Below, piece by piece: positions 14,775 to 26,527 of a DNA stretch of 64,000 nt. Every line of letters begins with the position of its first letter. The stretch's first letter is position 1. A program made the translations under genes and the position numbers. Below the pieces are notes generated by a model that saw only the letters and a list, made by a program, of their open reading frames with translations, was not told where the DNA came from and searched no databases. The stretch comes from Callorhinchus milii (lineage: Eukaryota): positions 34,908,001-34,972,000 of the forward strand of contig NW_024704742.1 of assembly GCF_018977255.1 (NCBI RefSeq). The letters run 5' to 3'.

Positions 14775-15203
14775 AATAATAATCTTTGCATTTGGTATAG
14801 CGCCTTTCACATCAGGAAGATATCCCAAAGTGCTTCACAGGACACGTATTGTAAAGAGGAGTGATTGTGTTTTTGTGGGCAAACATGACAGCCAATTTGT
14901 GCACAGTAAGGTCCTAAATTCAGGCATGAAAATGAATCAACTTTATTTGGGTGATTTTCGGCAAGGACGCAGGGGGAAACTCCCTTCTCTTTTGAATAGT
15001 GCCATGGGATCTTTAACATTCACCTGAACAGGCAGACGGGACTTTGGTTTAACATCTCATACGAAGGACGACACTTCTGACAATGCATCACTACATTGGG
15101 GTATCGGTTTATACTGTATGAGTTACAAGTCCCGACTTGGGGCTTGAACCCACAACCTTCTGACTGAGGCGAGAGTGCTACAAACCAAGCCAGTCTGGCA
15201 CAC
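14775..15203 (-). mobile_element. Older ~430-bp tRNA-head SINE (Deu-domain-like); related copies near 1200-1570, 10460-10770, 11945-12340, 23248-23635, 49257-49645, 52955-53442
   Basis: Shared head (gagtcagaaggttgtgggttcaagcccc), central ctgttcaggtg..gttaaagatcccatggcactatt block and the same 3' tail; family name from recollection. Confidence 0.75.
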
Positions 15204-16097
15204 TGAACCAGCCTAATGCCATCATAACATCAAAATAAATGTTTCACTGCATCTTTAAAATACATTACATTCCAAGCTACATCCTACATAGCATTCTGAG
15301 GACCGACTCCCATTTTAACATCAAAGTCAGTGACATATATCTTACTTTGGCTTCTCCTCAAATAAACTTCACTTTAAGCCTCCTGAGTATTGAGTGTAAG
15401 GAGACAGTTTCAGTTTCTCAAAGAAAATGCGATGGTGTCTTCTGAATTCCAGTCCTAAATGCTTCGTTGTAAAGTGATGTGATCACAGTGTTACAATGCA
15501 GTGAACTGATGTGTCACCCGGCTGTACACAGGAGTGATTTCCCAAGTGATAAGACCCCTACCTCAGTTAGGGTCGTCACAGCTCTAAATGGGAATGTGAT
15601 GCTACAGGTATATTTCAGCTAATAAAACAATCCTTGTATTTGATATTGTGCCTTTCACTACAGGAGAACCCAAAACGATTCAAAACACTTCACGGGATTT
15701 ACAGTAATGTATTGTGACTGTGTATTTTGTAGGTAAATGAATACCTACAAAATATGTACTGCACATTTCCAAAGGTCTTTACTGGGAATTCTTCTTTGGA
15801 TTTAAAAAAATATAATGGTGAGATACACAGTGAAGGAGTTTAAAATTCCCTGCCAGTGCTCCTGTACCACTGATAAATTAAATGGTCTTCCAGCTGAATG
15901 CTTTCCACATATCAATTAATTCTCGTCTTAATTCAACTAAAGATCAAAGGTCATTAGAGCATGTTCATAGAAAAGAAACTTACACGAGAGGCTCGATCAT
16001 AATCATAGGCCTCTTTCCAGAAAATCAAACCGTGTGGATAATTGGACATCATGCCATATACAAATTGACAACAGTGTTAACTAAACAATTCTACCAG

Positions 16098-16415
16098 GAG
16101 TTATGCTGTCACTCAGTGGTTAGAGTACTCGCTTTGCAAGTGAGAAACCTGGGTTCGATTCCTGGCAGGGTGAAACCTTGGGCAAGTTTCCTTACTCCAC
16201 ACGCCTGATAATAATCCCTCAAGAAAAAAAAACAATAATACATTTGTCACTTCTTCATTCCACGATTGTCTGTGGGACACTACTGTGTGCAATTGGCTGC
16301 CGCGTTTCGCCCACAAAATATGCAGTCAATTCACTTTACGGTATATTCTGTAAATGCTTTGAGATGTCTAGAAGATGTGAAAAGCGCTATATCGCATGCA
16401 AGGATTATTATTATA
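16098..16415 (+). mobile_element. Full-length tRNA-derived SINE
   Basis: Head, body and tail similar to 47760-48081. Confidence 0.88.
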
Positions 16416-16454
16416 GTAAAACATTTCTCTTTCTAACTTATTCTTTCTGTCGCT

Positions 16455-16556
16455 GACTTTTTTCTCTTTTGTAGGCTTTTTCCTTTTCTCTCTCTCTCAC
16501 TGAGATTGGAGTCTCTAACTTTCTCTATTTCTTTCTCTACAATATCTCTGTCTCTA
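16455..16556. repeat. CT-rich low-complexity tract
   Basis: Degenerate (TC)n. Confidence 0.6.
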
Positions 16557-19500
16557 ACCCGAAACTGTATATTGTAAAAGTATAAAGATTTACTCTTGTT
16601 ACTGGCAACAACATCCTGTATATGCCAAGTCCCATACATGCACACAAAGTTGTTAGTATTGCATAGCCAGGGCCAGTGTCCCTAATGACCTCATGCCAAA
16701 CTTTGCAAGTCCACAATGATATTGTTCCTGGTATCTCACAGGCCGACAGGGACATTGCAGCAAACCTCCAGCCTGGCACTGGAGTGTCAGCCGAGAGAGT
16801 AGACTCCTAAGAGTTCAAAGTCCTGACATGAGGCATTGTCTTCAAGTCCCACCTGAAGAACTACCTTGTCGACTGTGCTTTTGGTAACTCCCTTCTCTTC
16901 CTGAAGGAAAGGAGTTCCCTTCCTGTCCCGCCCTTGTGAAACACTCTGATGTGTTATTCTACAAGAAAGATGCAACATAAATGCAAGTTGTTGTTGTTGA
17001 ACCTGCAACCTTCTGATTTCTAAGCGAGAATGCTACCAACTGAGCCAAGCTGATGTGTGTCCTTTACTCAACTTCCGCAAAGATCGGGGAACATTTGGGA
17101 GTGAGAAACTGAAGCTGCCAATTTAGGTTCAGTGAACTCGTAGGATAAATGTTCACGGCTGCTGTTTCTCTGTCGCCAGCTGATATTGCAGAGCTGTTGA
17201 AGTATTCCACTATAAACAGGTAATGAGACTTGGGAAGCTTATTTTTTCATCGAGTCAAGGTTTGTTTTTGCACAGTATTGTTTATTCTCTTATAAAAACA
17301 TACTTGTGCCATTGCAATCTACTAACTACTCCGATACAACACTTGTGACTGGAGCAAACTACCCACGTCTAAACAGGTTTTCATTCAGCTCGTGATCTGT
17401 GCTTGTGCTGACTGTACCCTTTTGTCCAGTATCTATACCATGAAATCTCTAATTAATGACTCCTTGTTGAGTAACAAACGCTTAAGAGTGTGTTAATAAG
17501 CGAGGTTTTGTTGAATGAGAGAATATGATTGGTTTGAAATTCCTATGCATGGCCAGAAGGAGGTAAATAATCTGATTAATGTGTACACTTAGACAGGATC
17601 AACTCGGGTAAGAGGGCTTGGCGAAGAGGGGCATATGATCTGTTCGCCAGGACTGCAGTGGAGCTCAAATTACGAATGGTGTTTCTATCTTAACTGTAAT
17701 CTATTACATTTTGGAGGAGATTGGATGGGTTTTTCCGCTTCCGTGAATGCTAATGCAGAAGCAAACACTGACACAAACAAGCAGGTTTCACGTAGGAATG
17801 TGTAAATTGTCAGTTTCAAAAGGAAAATATTCAGCTGAACTGGCTGCTCATCTGTGTGTGTTGTGTGTTGTTGCTGATGCAAATTAACTGTCACGTTTCT
17901 CTCTTTTTTGGTCAGCTGGGTGTCTGACACATGTGGAAACCCATCATCCTGCTTAAGAGTATCCAAACCTAACTTGAGAATTCCATGCATCCCACCTACA
18001 TATGGAAATTCCAGAGATAGATTGTTAGAATGGAATGCTCCCTCTCTCCCAGGAAGGAATATATCCTGCTTACCTAATTCCAGAAAGCATCTAGGTGCAG
18101 GTTGGCAGGAGCCAACCAAATTAGGTCTACCCATTAGGGCTTTGGCTTGCAGGATGAGCAGAAGCTGAGTGGGGGGATTCCCTGCCCCCAGCGACTGGTT
18201 TGCCCTTCCAAGTCCTGCCGACGATCCAGGCTGGCTGTGCTGACCCACCTGGCTCAGTAACCGGACTACCGAGTCCGCCACAGACGGTTGGCGCGATCCC
18301 GACATTCCGTTGACAAACATGTCACCTCGGAGCCAGTTCAGCTACAAGGAGATTCTGCTCGCCCCCCCCACTAGGAGAATAGTCACCAGTTGCTTGTTTA
18401 ACAATATTAGATCTTTACACCTTTCCATGTTTCCCTACATATCAGCCACTTAATTTTTAATTAGTCTCATTCTTCTGACGGGCCTCAAGACATTTTGAAG
18501 TGAAAGGTTTGGTTTCCACTGAGTGGGATGGAGTGAAGGTGAATAATAATAATCCTTGCATTTGATATGTAGCGCTTTGCACATCAGGAGGATGCCTCTG
18601 TATGTTATGATGTGCAGAGGCTACACTGGGAGACGCTTTTTGTATGGCAGGAATTTTGAACTCTTACTGTGACACGTTCACCTAGAAAATACACAGTTAC
18701 TGCACTGTACTGTGAAGTGCTTTGAGACCCCCTCCTGATGTCCAAGGTACTGCATATCAAATGCAAAGATTATTATTATTACGTACAAAATGCTCCACTC
18801 TGCGTCCACTGTACACTTTTTGCAGGACATTAAAGAGTACATTCTTTATCAAGAATAAAGAATATTTATCACAAATGTATCATTGAAGGTGCTATGTAAA
18901 TATAAATTTGTTGTTGGATTAATAAAATAATAATAATATTCCTTGCATTTGATATAGCACCATTCACGTCAAGTGGAGGTCTCAAAACACTTCTCAGGAT
19001 TTTCTGTATTCTTCATGTAAAGGTCTAATAAATTTTGCACTTAATAAAACATTTCAGTGGAGTTGTGAGTTTAATAATACTGTAGGTGGTTCATAAAACT
19101 GTTACTGCAGCAAATCTATCAACAATAGTTTAGCTACAGTAATAATAATAAAGTATGTGCTGTACTTTAAAATCAGTATTGCAAAATAACTCAAAATATA
19201 TTAACCAGAAATATGTTAATATCGTTCCCAGGCAGAAATCGACACATTCATCTGTTACTATAACAGACCAGCACAGAGTCCAGACAAGAGTTATAGATGC
19301 CAACCTCAATTATACAATGGTTTAAAAAATATTCTACACAGCAATGAGATTATGATTTGTAAAGGTCACTCGGAAAGGTGGGTTGAGGCCAGAGCAGTAT
19401 GATGGTGTGATGGTTGGATGGTAAGGTGGGATTCTGGAGGGATGAAATCAGGTGGGTCAAAGTGCTTTCTTCATTCCAAATTAATCTTGTTACTATTTAA

Positions 19501-21994
19501 AAAAACGTTCCAGGTAACAAGAACATTGCCTACAAAATGCACAGTCACTACACTTCACAGTAAAATTCCACAAAGTGTTTTGCGAAGTCTTCCCGATGTG
19601 AAAGGCGCTATATCAAATGCAAGCACTATATTATTTATTATTATTAGGTTAAGATGATTAAGCTGATTAAAATATTAATTAATAGATTATGTTTCACAAG
19701 GTAGAAGTATCTCTTTGTAAACTCCTTTTGAATATAACTCTCCTAATCTGTATGCACGAATGCTTCAGGATTGGAACTGACCTTGTGAAGCAAATTAACG
19801 TTGATTGCAGCGCCCATAATTCTTGTTTTATGCTAAGGTTAAATGGCTTCCACCTGGCCATTGTTGTGTGCTAGTGCAATGCCACGGAGAGCTTTTTAAT
19901 GTTTAAACGTACCTGGATTTTGTTGTCACTTCATTTTGTTCTGTTAAATAGTGGCCTTTGTTGAGTAATGCAACTGGAAATTCAAGGTGAAGGAAGCATT
20001 GTGTACCTGCCAAGTATATGTATTTCACTGAATTGGGATGATGCCTGTACTTGTGCCAGGACATAATTGCTCCCCATCCTGTGTGAGATTTTAACAAAGC
20101 AAGAATAGAGACTTCCTCTAAAGATACATGACACCAGTTTATTCCAGCAGACTCCTGGCAAAAGCTGCCTTGAACAAAGCCCAATAATACACTGCATTCA
20201 TGTTGGAAGATTGCAGTAAGAATGTGGCTGCTATATCACTAAAAATAGATTGCGAGAGAAAAGTTACTTCTTCTAAGCTTTTATCATTGTCTTGAATTGA
20301 AGTAACTTCATGTTCCTACAGGTAAAGGTTTAGTCCATAGCATTGGACTTTCTCCTGTTATCCTGGTCCACAACCCCCCAGATGGAATTAGTTGTTCATT
20401 TCATAATAATCCTTGCATTTGATATTTATGGCTGTTTATAGACATTGTTGTGCACAAATTGGCTTTCGTGATTTCCTCCAAAATACACAGTGACTACACT
20501 TTACAATAAAAATCCCACAAAGCCCTTTGAGATATCCTTTAATATGAAAGGTGCTATATCAAATGCAAGAATTATTATTATTTTAACATAGAAACAAAGG
20601 AACAAGAGAAGTCCATTCAGTCCATCCTTAGGAAATCTTTTAAGGGACCACGCCCTCTTAATACTTGTGCTACCCAAGTAGGTAATCAGTTTCCTATACT
20701 TTTCTAATTTTCTCTACCAATTTTTCTCTCCTCCTCAGTTTTTCTCCCTTCTTCTTGGGGTATGGTTTCACTGGCACCAGTTTATCTCTTGTATCTTGCT
20801 TAAGTGGCTATTATTCATGTGTGATCCTTGGCAGTGAATGCTGCCAGAGAATTCGACTGCAGGGCACATGACAGCCGCAGTCTGCAGAGAGCAATGGTGA
20901 TTGCTCCCCCCCTAACCCAGAGGCACTGAGGCAATTTACAGAGTTTCAAGTGCTGCTCCGCTAACTCAGCACGCAACAGGTTTCTAACTTGAAACCTTAT
21001 GTTCTGTACAGCTCAGTACAACACTGGGAGATGTCCACACCCATGAAGTCAATGGGTTGGGAGGAGGAGGTAGCTTCCCTACAAATGTACAGTCACTATC
21101 TCTACAGATTTGAGACATATCAACGTGATGAGTATCTCTCAAATGCTATAATTAAACTATATAATTTGCACGTCAGCAAAGAGCACAGGAAGAGGAGTGA
21201 ATGCTGGATCAATTGTCACAACATTCACAGAGCACTTTGGAGAGATGGGGATTGAGAGCACTTGTGGTGTAATGGGTTCTCTCCAGTGGAAGGTCATGAA
21301 GAGTAGACTATGTTAGATGTTACTTAACTACTAAACAGACAGAGACCACAATTAGCAGCAGCAGAAGTATTATTACGTAAGAGAAATTAAACATGGTATC
21401 AACAGAATACATGTACAATATAAACTGTCTAAACAATTTTTACGTACCTGGATACTGTAACCTTGGGAACGTAAACTTGTTTGTTAATTTCAGACATTGG
21501 TTGTTCCGCTGCTTTATGAAGATACTGGGTGTGAATTGATACCAGCACTGATCCTTGATATTCCGTTGCAAGTTTTCTTGATGGCCCTGAATGCTGAAGG
21601 GACTAATTTTCGATGTTAATAAAGAACTGTCCGTTCGAAAATTTAAAACAACACTTAATTTTGTTTGTTGTCCATGCCCTGAGTTGTGCGTGTACTGAAG
21701 TCAGATTAACTATTTAATAGCTCCCAGTTCAATGCCATGAAATCAGGCTTCCTGTCCCCATTGCTCTGTGTCTGCAATAAGCTATTGCAGTGTCCTGGTG
21801 AGCCTAATGTCTCAGTGGTGTGTCAGGATTCTCGTCTCTGAATCGGAAGGTTGTAGGTTCAAGCCTTATGTTGAGGCTTTGAACTCATAAACTCAAGGCT
21901 GCATTGTTGGAGGTGCCATTTCTTCGGATTAGATGCTAAACCAAGGTCCTGTTTACTGTTCAGATGGCCATTAAAGATCCCATAACACTATTTG

Positions 21995-22488
21995 AACCCA
22001 AGCGCCGTGACCCTATCATCCCCATCCTCACCCGGCTCCACTGTCTCTCCATCCCCCAGAGGATAGAGTTCAAAATCCTTGTCCTCGCCTTCAAAGCCCT
22101 CCATGACTTTACTCCTCCCTACTTATGTGACCCTCTAAATCCATACTGACCTTCTGCTCCTTCCACGCAATGGACTCTGGCCTGCTCCATGTCCCCTGTC
22201 TGGCCCGCTCCACCATTGCCGGTCAAGCTTTCAACCTCTCTTCCCCTGCCCTTTGGAACTCCATCATACAGTCCCTTTGCTTCGTTCCCTCCCTTGCCTC
22301 CTTCAAGGCCCATCTCAAGACCCTCGTATTCAACTGCGCCTTCGGCCATTTCCTATCCCTACCCTCCCTGCCCATCACCTTCCTGAGCCCAACCCTCAGT
22401 TCAGGTCCAAATCCCTAAGTATCCAGTGCCTTGGGATGTCCTCCCGACGAGAAAGTGCTATACAAATATAATTTGCTGTTGTTGTTGA
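21995..22488 (+). mobile_element. L2 3' fragment inserted into an older Deu-type SINE (about 21800-22650)
   Basis: PILTRLHCLSIPQRIEFKILVLAFKALH and LWNS..SFKAHLKT motifs; SINE sequence resumes after the (GTT)n tail. Confidence 0.85.
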
Positions 22489-23766
22489 AAAGAGAATGGT
22501 GTTTCTCCTGGTGTCCTGGGCCAACAATCCCCCAGATAAAAATTGGTCATTCACTTCATGGCTATTTGTGGTTCATTGCTGTGCGCAAATGGCTGCTGTG
22601 TTCATCTACAAAATACATTCACTGCACTTTACGGTATACCCTGTGAAAGCAATTTATCAAATGTATTTCTTTAAAAAAATGTTGTCACACATTTAGGACA
22701 AAATATGCCAAGTATAGAATTAAAGCCTTCTACATAAAATTGAATCCGTTTACAATAGAACCAGTAGCAAACACCACAAGCAGTCTCATGGCTATCTGAC
22801 AATCTTGATTTATGGCCTCGTTCCCAATCTGCTTGATTATATTGCTGCTTTGTAATCACTTGTAGGAATCATTATTCTCAGTTTAATATATACCAGACCT
22901 AGAGGTTCCCAGTAATAACTGCAGATTATTTCTCAATAATCCTTTTCTAATAACATCCCACACACCATTTATGACCTGGTCTGAACAGCAACTTATATCA
23001 GGATGTGGAGTGCAGGGACAATCCTGTGCTCTGGTAACTCCTGACAATGCGCAAACCAAATAAACCCACACGTAGCATGGAGTCCTTACAAGGCTGTAAT
23101 AGATCTTGGAGCTTCTTTGATAATAATAAGCCACTGAGTTGTGCTGACTCTCTTTATGTAGTAATTTTAATTAGTTTACAGCTTTGCAATTACTCTCAGA
23201 GGCAGCCCTTATTTTGTTTTTTATTATGTGTATTATTGGCCTCATTATAATAATAATCCTTGATTCAGTACAGAGCCCTTCATGTCTCAAAATGCATCAC
23301 AGGGTTTACTGTAAAGCGTAGCCACCGTGTATTTGTAGGCGAATGCAGCAGCCCATTTATGCACAGCAAAGTCCCACAAGCAGCCATGAAATGAGTGACC
23401 AATTTTATTTGGGGGATTTGTTTGGCCAGCACACTGTGAGAAACTCCCTTCTCTTTTCAAATAGTGGCGTGGGTTCTTTAACGTCCACCTGACCAAGCAG
23501 ATGGGGCCTTTATATTTAATGTCTAATCTGAAAGACAGCATCTCCAACAACACAGGTTGAAATGGTCTCTGTAAAGTGGAGCTTGAACCCACAACCTTCA
23601 GAGATGAGAGTGCTAGCAACTGAGCCTGGCAGACGCTTATTTCCTCTCATCATTTTCAAATGTCTCCATGGCCTTACATCATATTATCCCTTGACCTCTT
23701 GTGACTCTACTACCCTGGCCACTCCCTGCTTTCTGCGAACTGTTTTCGCTTGTTCCACCCCACCAC

Positions 23767-23856
23767 CTTAGGCTTTTTTGTCCCCTCCTTCAATAACAAC
23801 CTTCTGATATCCTTCAGCAATCCTCCCTGAGATGAATCTGCAGTAATAGCAGATGC
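23767..23856 (-). CDS. Candidate nested gene exon (ASAITADSSQGGLLKDIRRLLLKEGTKKPK)
   Basis: ctcactcctag acceptor, AAG|GTGGTG donor, 90 nt, phase 0-0. Confidence 0.4.
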
Positions 23857-23972
23857 CTAGGAGTGAGGACCCATGCTCTTTGTGCCCGGCCATCATGTGC
23901 ATTGTGAAGGGAAACAAGTCAAGGAAGAAAAACATATTCTACAATATGAAATACAACCAATAATTTGCGTAC

Positions 23973-24077
23973 CTTCACCCCCATCCCCAAACAAGCCACG
24001 AACATTGAATTTATGTTATGCCTCAGTCTGTCTCCTGTTTTGGTTCTGTGAGCATTTGCTTGACACTTCAAGATATG
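23973..24077 (-). CDS. Candidate nested gene exon (HILKCQANAHRTKTGDRLRHNINSMFVACLGMGVK)
   Basis: ctcgcctttag acceptor, AAG|GTACGC donor, 105 nt, phase 0-0. Confidence 0.5.
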
Positions 24078-24184
24078 CTAAAGGCGAGTCACTTTATTTC
24101 AGTTGCGCTCACATTCGATGGTTCCCACTTTATTGTGTGGGTTCCTTTGAAAACCTGGGTTGCTCTCATGAAATTTAAGCTGAC

Positions 24185-24304
24185 TTGTCTTTGCAGTTTG
24201 TATCTTATTGTCACAGCCAGTTGAAGAAAACTTTGATATATGTTTTCCTTAATTTCAGCTCGTCTGCTCATTGCACGTATTCCTTTTGAAAACTGGATCA
24301 CACC
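24185..24304 (-). CDS. Candidate nested gene exon (GVIQFSKGIRAMSRRAEIKENIYQSFLQLAVTIRYKLQRQ)
   Basis: cttgaatttcag acceptor, GTCAGC donor, 120 nt; only phase 0 is open. Confidence 0.5.
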
Positions 24305-24811
24305 CTGAAATTCAAGATGCCAGCTATTGGTGTTTTGTTTTTTACACCGTGACCCCAATAACTTGACAAAGCTCCCCAAAGGCTTGTGCATATTTCAGTA
24401 GTGAGTACTCTTGGCTCTTCATTCTGTTAATCCCTTCTTTTTTATAAGAAGGGACAATTTGGGTGTAATCTGAGATGGGTGCTACATCCATATTGGTGTT
24501 TAGTATCAGTTCAATACTTTGGGAAGTCTTTGATGGATTTGCATTAAGTTAACAGATGTTACCATGTCCTGTTATCTAATATCTTTGTGTAAAAGGAGTA
24601 AAACTGTTATTTCCATACATGCCAACTTTTAGACAGCTGATAAATATCAAATGAAGTGATATTTCTGTGTATTGCTTTTGTCTAGAAAGCTTATTCAACT
24701 CTGAAGGGGTTCCTAACTACGGAAAACGAGTGCTAGTTTAAACACCAGTTTCCTCAAATATTGCAAACATCAAACATATTCCCAGTCTGCTGTGTATATA
24801 TTCCATTCTAC

Positions 24812-25060
24812 CGCTCCTTGTTTCCTCAGGGGAGCTGACATTGAAATTAAAAATATACTTGTTTTAAAAACATATTCTCCTGAATGTTCTTTCTCCCTTG
24901 AAAATGCCCTGATTCTTTCTTGTCCTTCTTCTGCAATATCAAATATCGTTCCATAGACATTTGCTGCCATCTGGTACAGTGTGTTGCCCAATTGCTCCAG
25001 TAGCAGTCTTGATTGTGAATGTTGGCAGGCTATTTCACTATGAGCACGCAGGAACCCAGC
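24812..25060 (-). CDS. Candidate nested gene exon (AGFLRAHSEIACQHSQSRLLLEQLGNTLYQMAANVYGTIFDIAEEGQERIRAF...)
   Basis: Phase-0 CAG acceptor in frame with the previous exon; open to a stop at 24770; in-frame GCG|GTAGAA donor at 24812. Confidence 0.5.
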
Positions 25061-25618
25061 CTGATGTGTTGTCCACAAAGCGACAGTTTTTTTAGCAGGA
25101 ATCACTGGATAGGTGTCAGACAGCCTCGGTTGGTAGCACCCTTGTCTCTGAGTCAGAAGGTTGGGGGTTCAAGCCCCATGTTGGGACTTTGAACTGCAGC
25201 ACTCGATTGAACTGTCAGGATGGATTATGAGTTGAAAATGGGGCTTGAATCTACAATCTTCTGACTCAGAGGCGTGAGTGCTATCCATTGAGCTAGAGTG
25301 ACACACAATAAAATAAGCTGGATTTGAATCAAAGTTTTAAAGAAAATTCAATTCAATTCCTTTTGCATTTCTGAGTGTCTTTAAATGGGAATGATATAAC
25401 ATCTCCATTGTTAGCACAGTGTAGACCCTGGTCACAATACTCTGAAATGCAAGCTAATTTCCAAAGGAGAACAATACACTGGAGAGGAGAAAAGAGAAAT
25501 CTCATGATTGTGATTCTCAAGCGGCATGGGAGGGGGTTTCTGATCAAGAAGGATCGCTGTAGGACTGGGAAGGATACTGATGGCAGCTCAGTTCCGTGTA
25601 AGTGATTCAGAAATGTAC

Positions 25619-25736
25619 CTTCTTTGTCAGCCTTTTTAGCCGTGTCGTTAATCGCAAAATCAGTTTCCATAAAGTTTCTTTAAAGAATATCTGCTGTTCT
25701 CCATGATTTTCAATGATTTTTTCCCTCTTGTCTTTC
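25619..25736 (-). CDS. Candidate nested gene exon (KDKREKIIENHGEQQIFFKETLWKLILRLTTRLKRLTKK)
   Basis: Strong acceptor ctactcctcccccag, AAG|GTACAT donor, 118 nt; only one frame is open (phase 2-0). Confidence 0.6.
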
Positions 25737-26397
25737 CTGGGGGAGGAGTAGTTTAAAGTAAAGATACAATACTCTTCTGGAATATTGCTCCTTTGGAACT
25801 AAAATTATATTTCTGAAACTTAAGGTTTCCATCAACTCTGCATCATCCAAGCTGTAACAACCCATGTGATTTAACCTAAATCCTACTCATGGGGATTTTG
25901 TACACAACAGCTAAACTGAGGAGAGTGGGAAGTTGGCTCATGCACCTAAAATTGGTAGCCTACATGTTTAGAAGTTTCTATTAGAATTGAACCTCATTGA
26001 AAAGTGAATCAGTCTGCTTGAATGAACTCACTGTACAAAACACTTACTCAGTGACACCCATGACATCTCATTTTTATCTCACTGGTGATGACAACCTTTA
26101 TAAAGCACTTCAACACTGTGTGAGCTATGCAGACTTACTCAAGTGTGGGGTAAAAATGGAACTGTATTTCCTTACAGTATTACTGTAAGCCACATCTTTA
26201 GTACACTCCAGCACTGATCTGCATTTTATATTATTGGACTTTCCACCCTCCCTTAAATATATCCGTCTCTATGCTGAGTTTCAAGAGTTGGTCAAGACGT
26301 CCCCTGTTGCCTATGGAGATGAAATTCTCCTGTTCAACTGAGATGAACTTTGCTTTGAGACAGGAATAGGAGAGGCTCCTGTTGTGCAGAGTTCCGC

Positions 26398-26527
26398 CTG
26401 TCGAAGTGGCGATAGTTTTTCATCTTATACAGTAAACCATTTTGTCTGAAGATTTGCCTCAATGAAGGGTAAAACCCATATATGATATCATTTGGGATTG
26501 CACTCCATTTATCAGTAGCACTGGAAT
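26398..26527 (-). CDS. Candidate nested gene exon (SSATDKWSAIPNDIIYGFYPSLR...)
   Basis: gttttcttcag acceptor, phase 1, inside a ~140-codon open frame (26758-26334); best phase-2 donors are GC type (exon end 26458 or 26398), so the end is uncertain. Confidence 0.4.
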
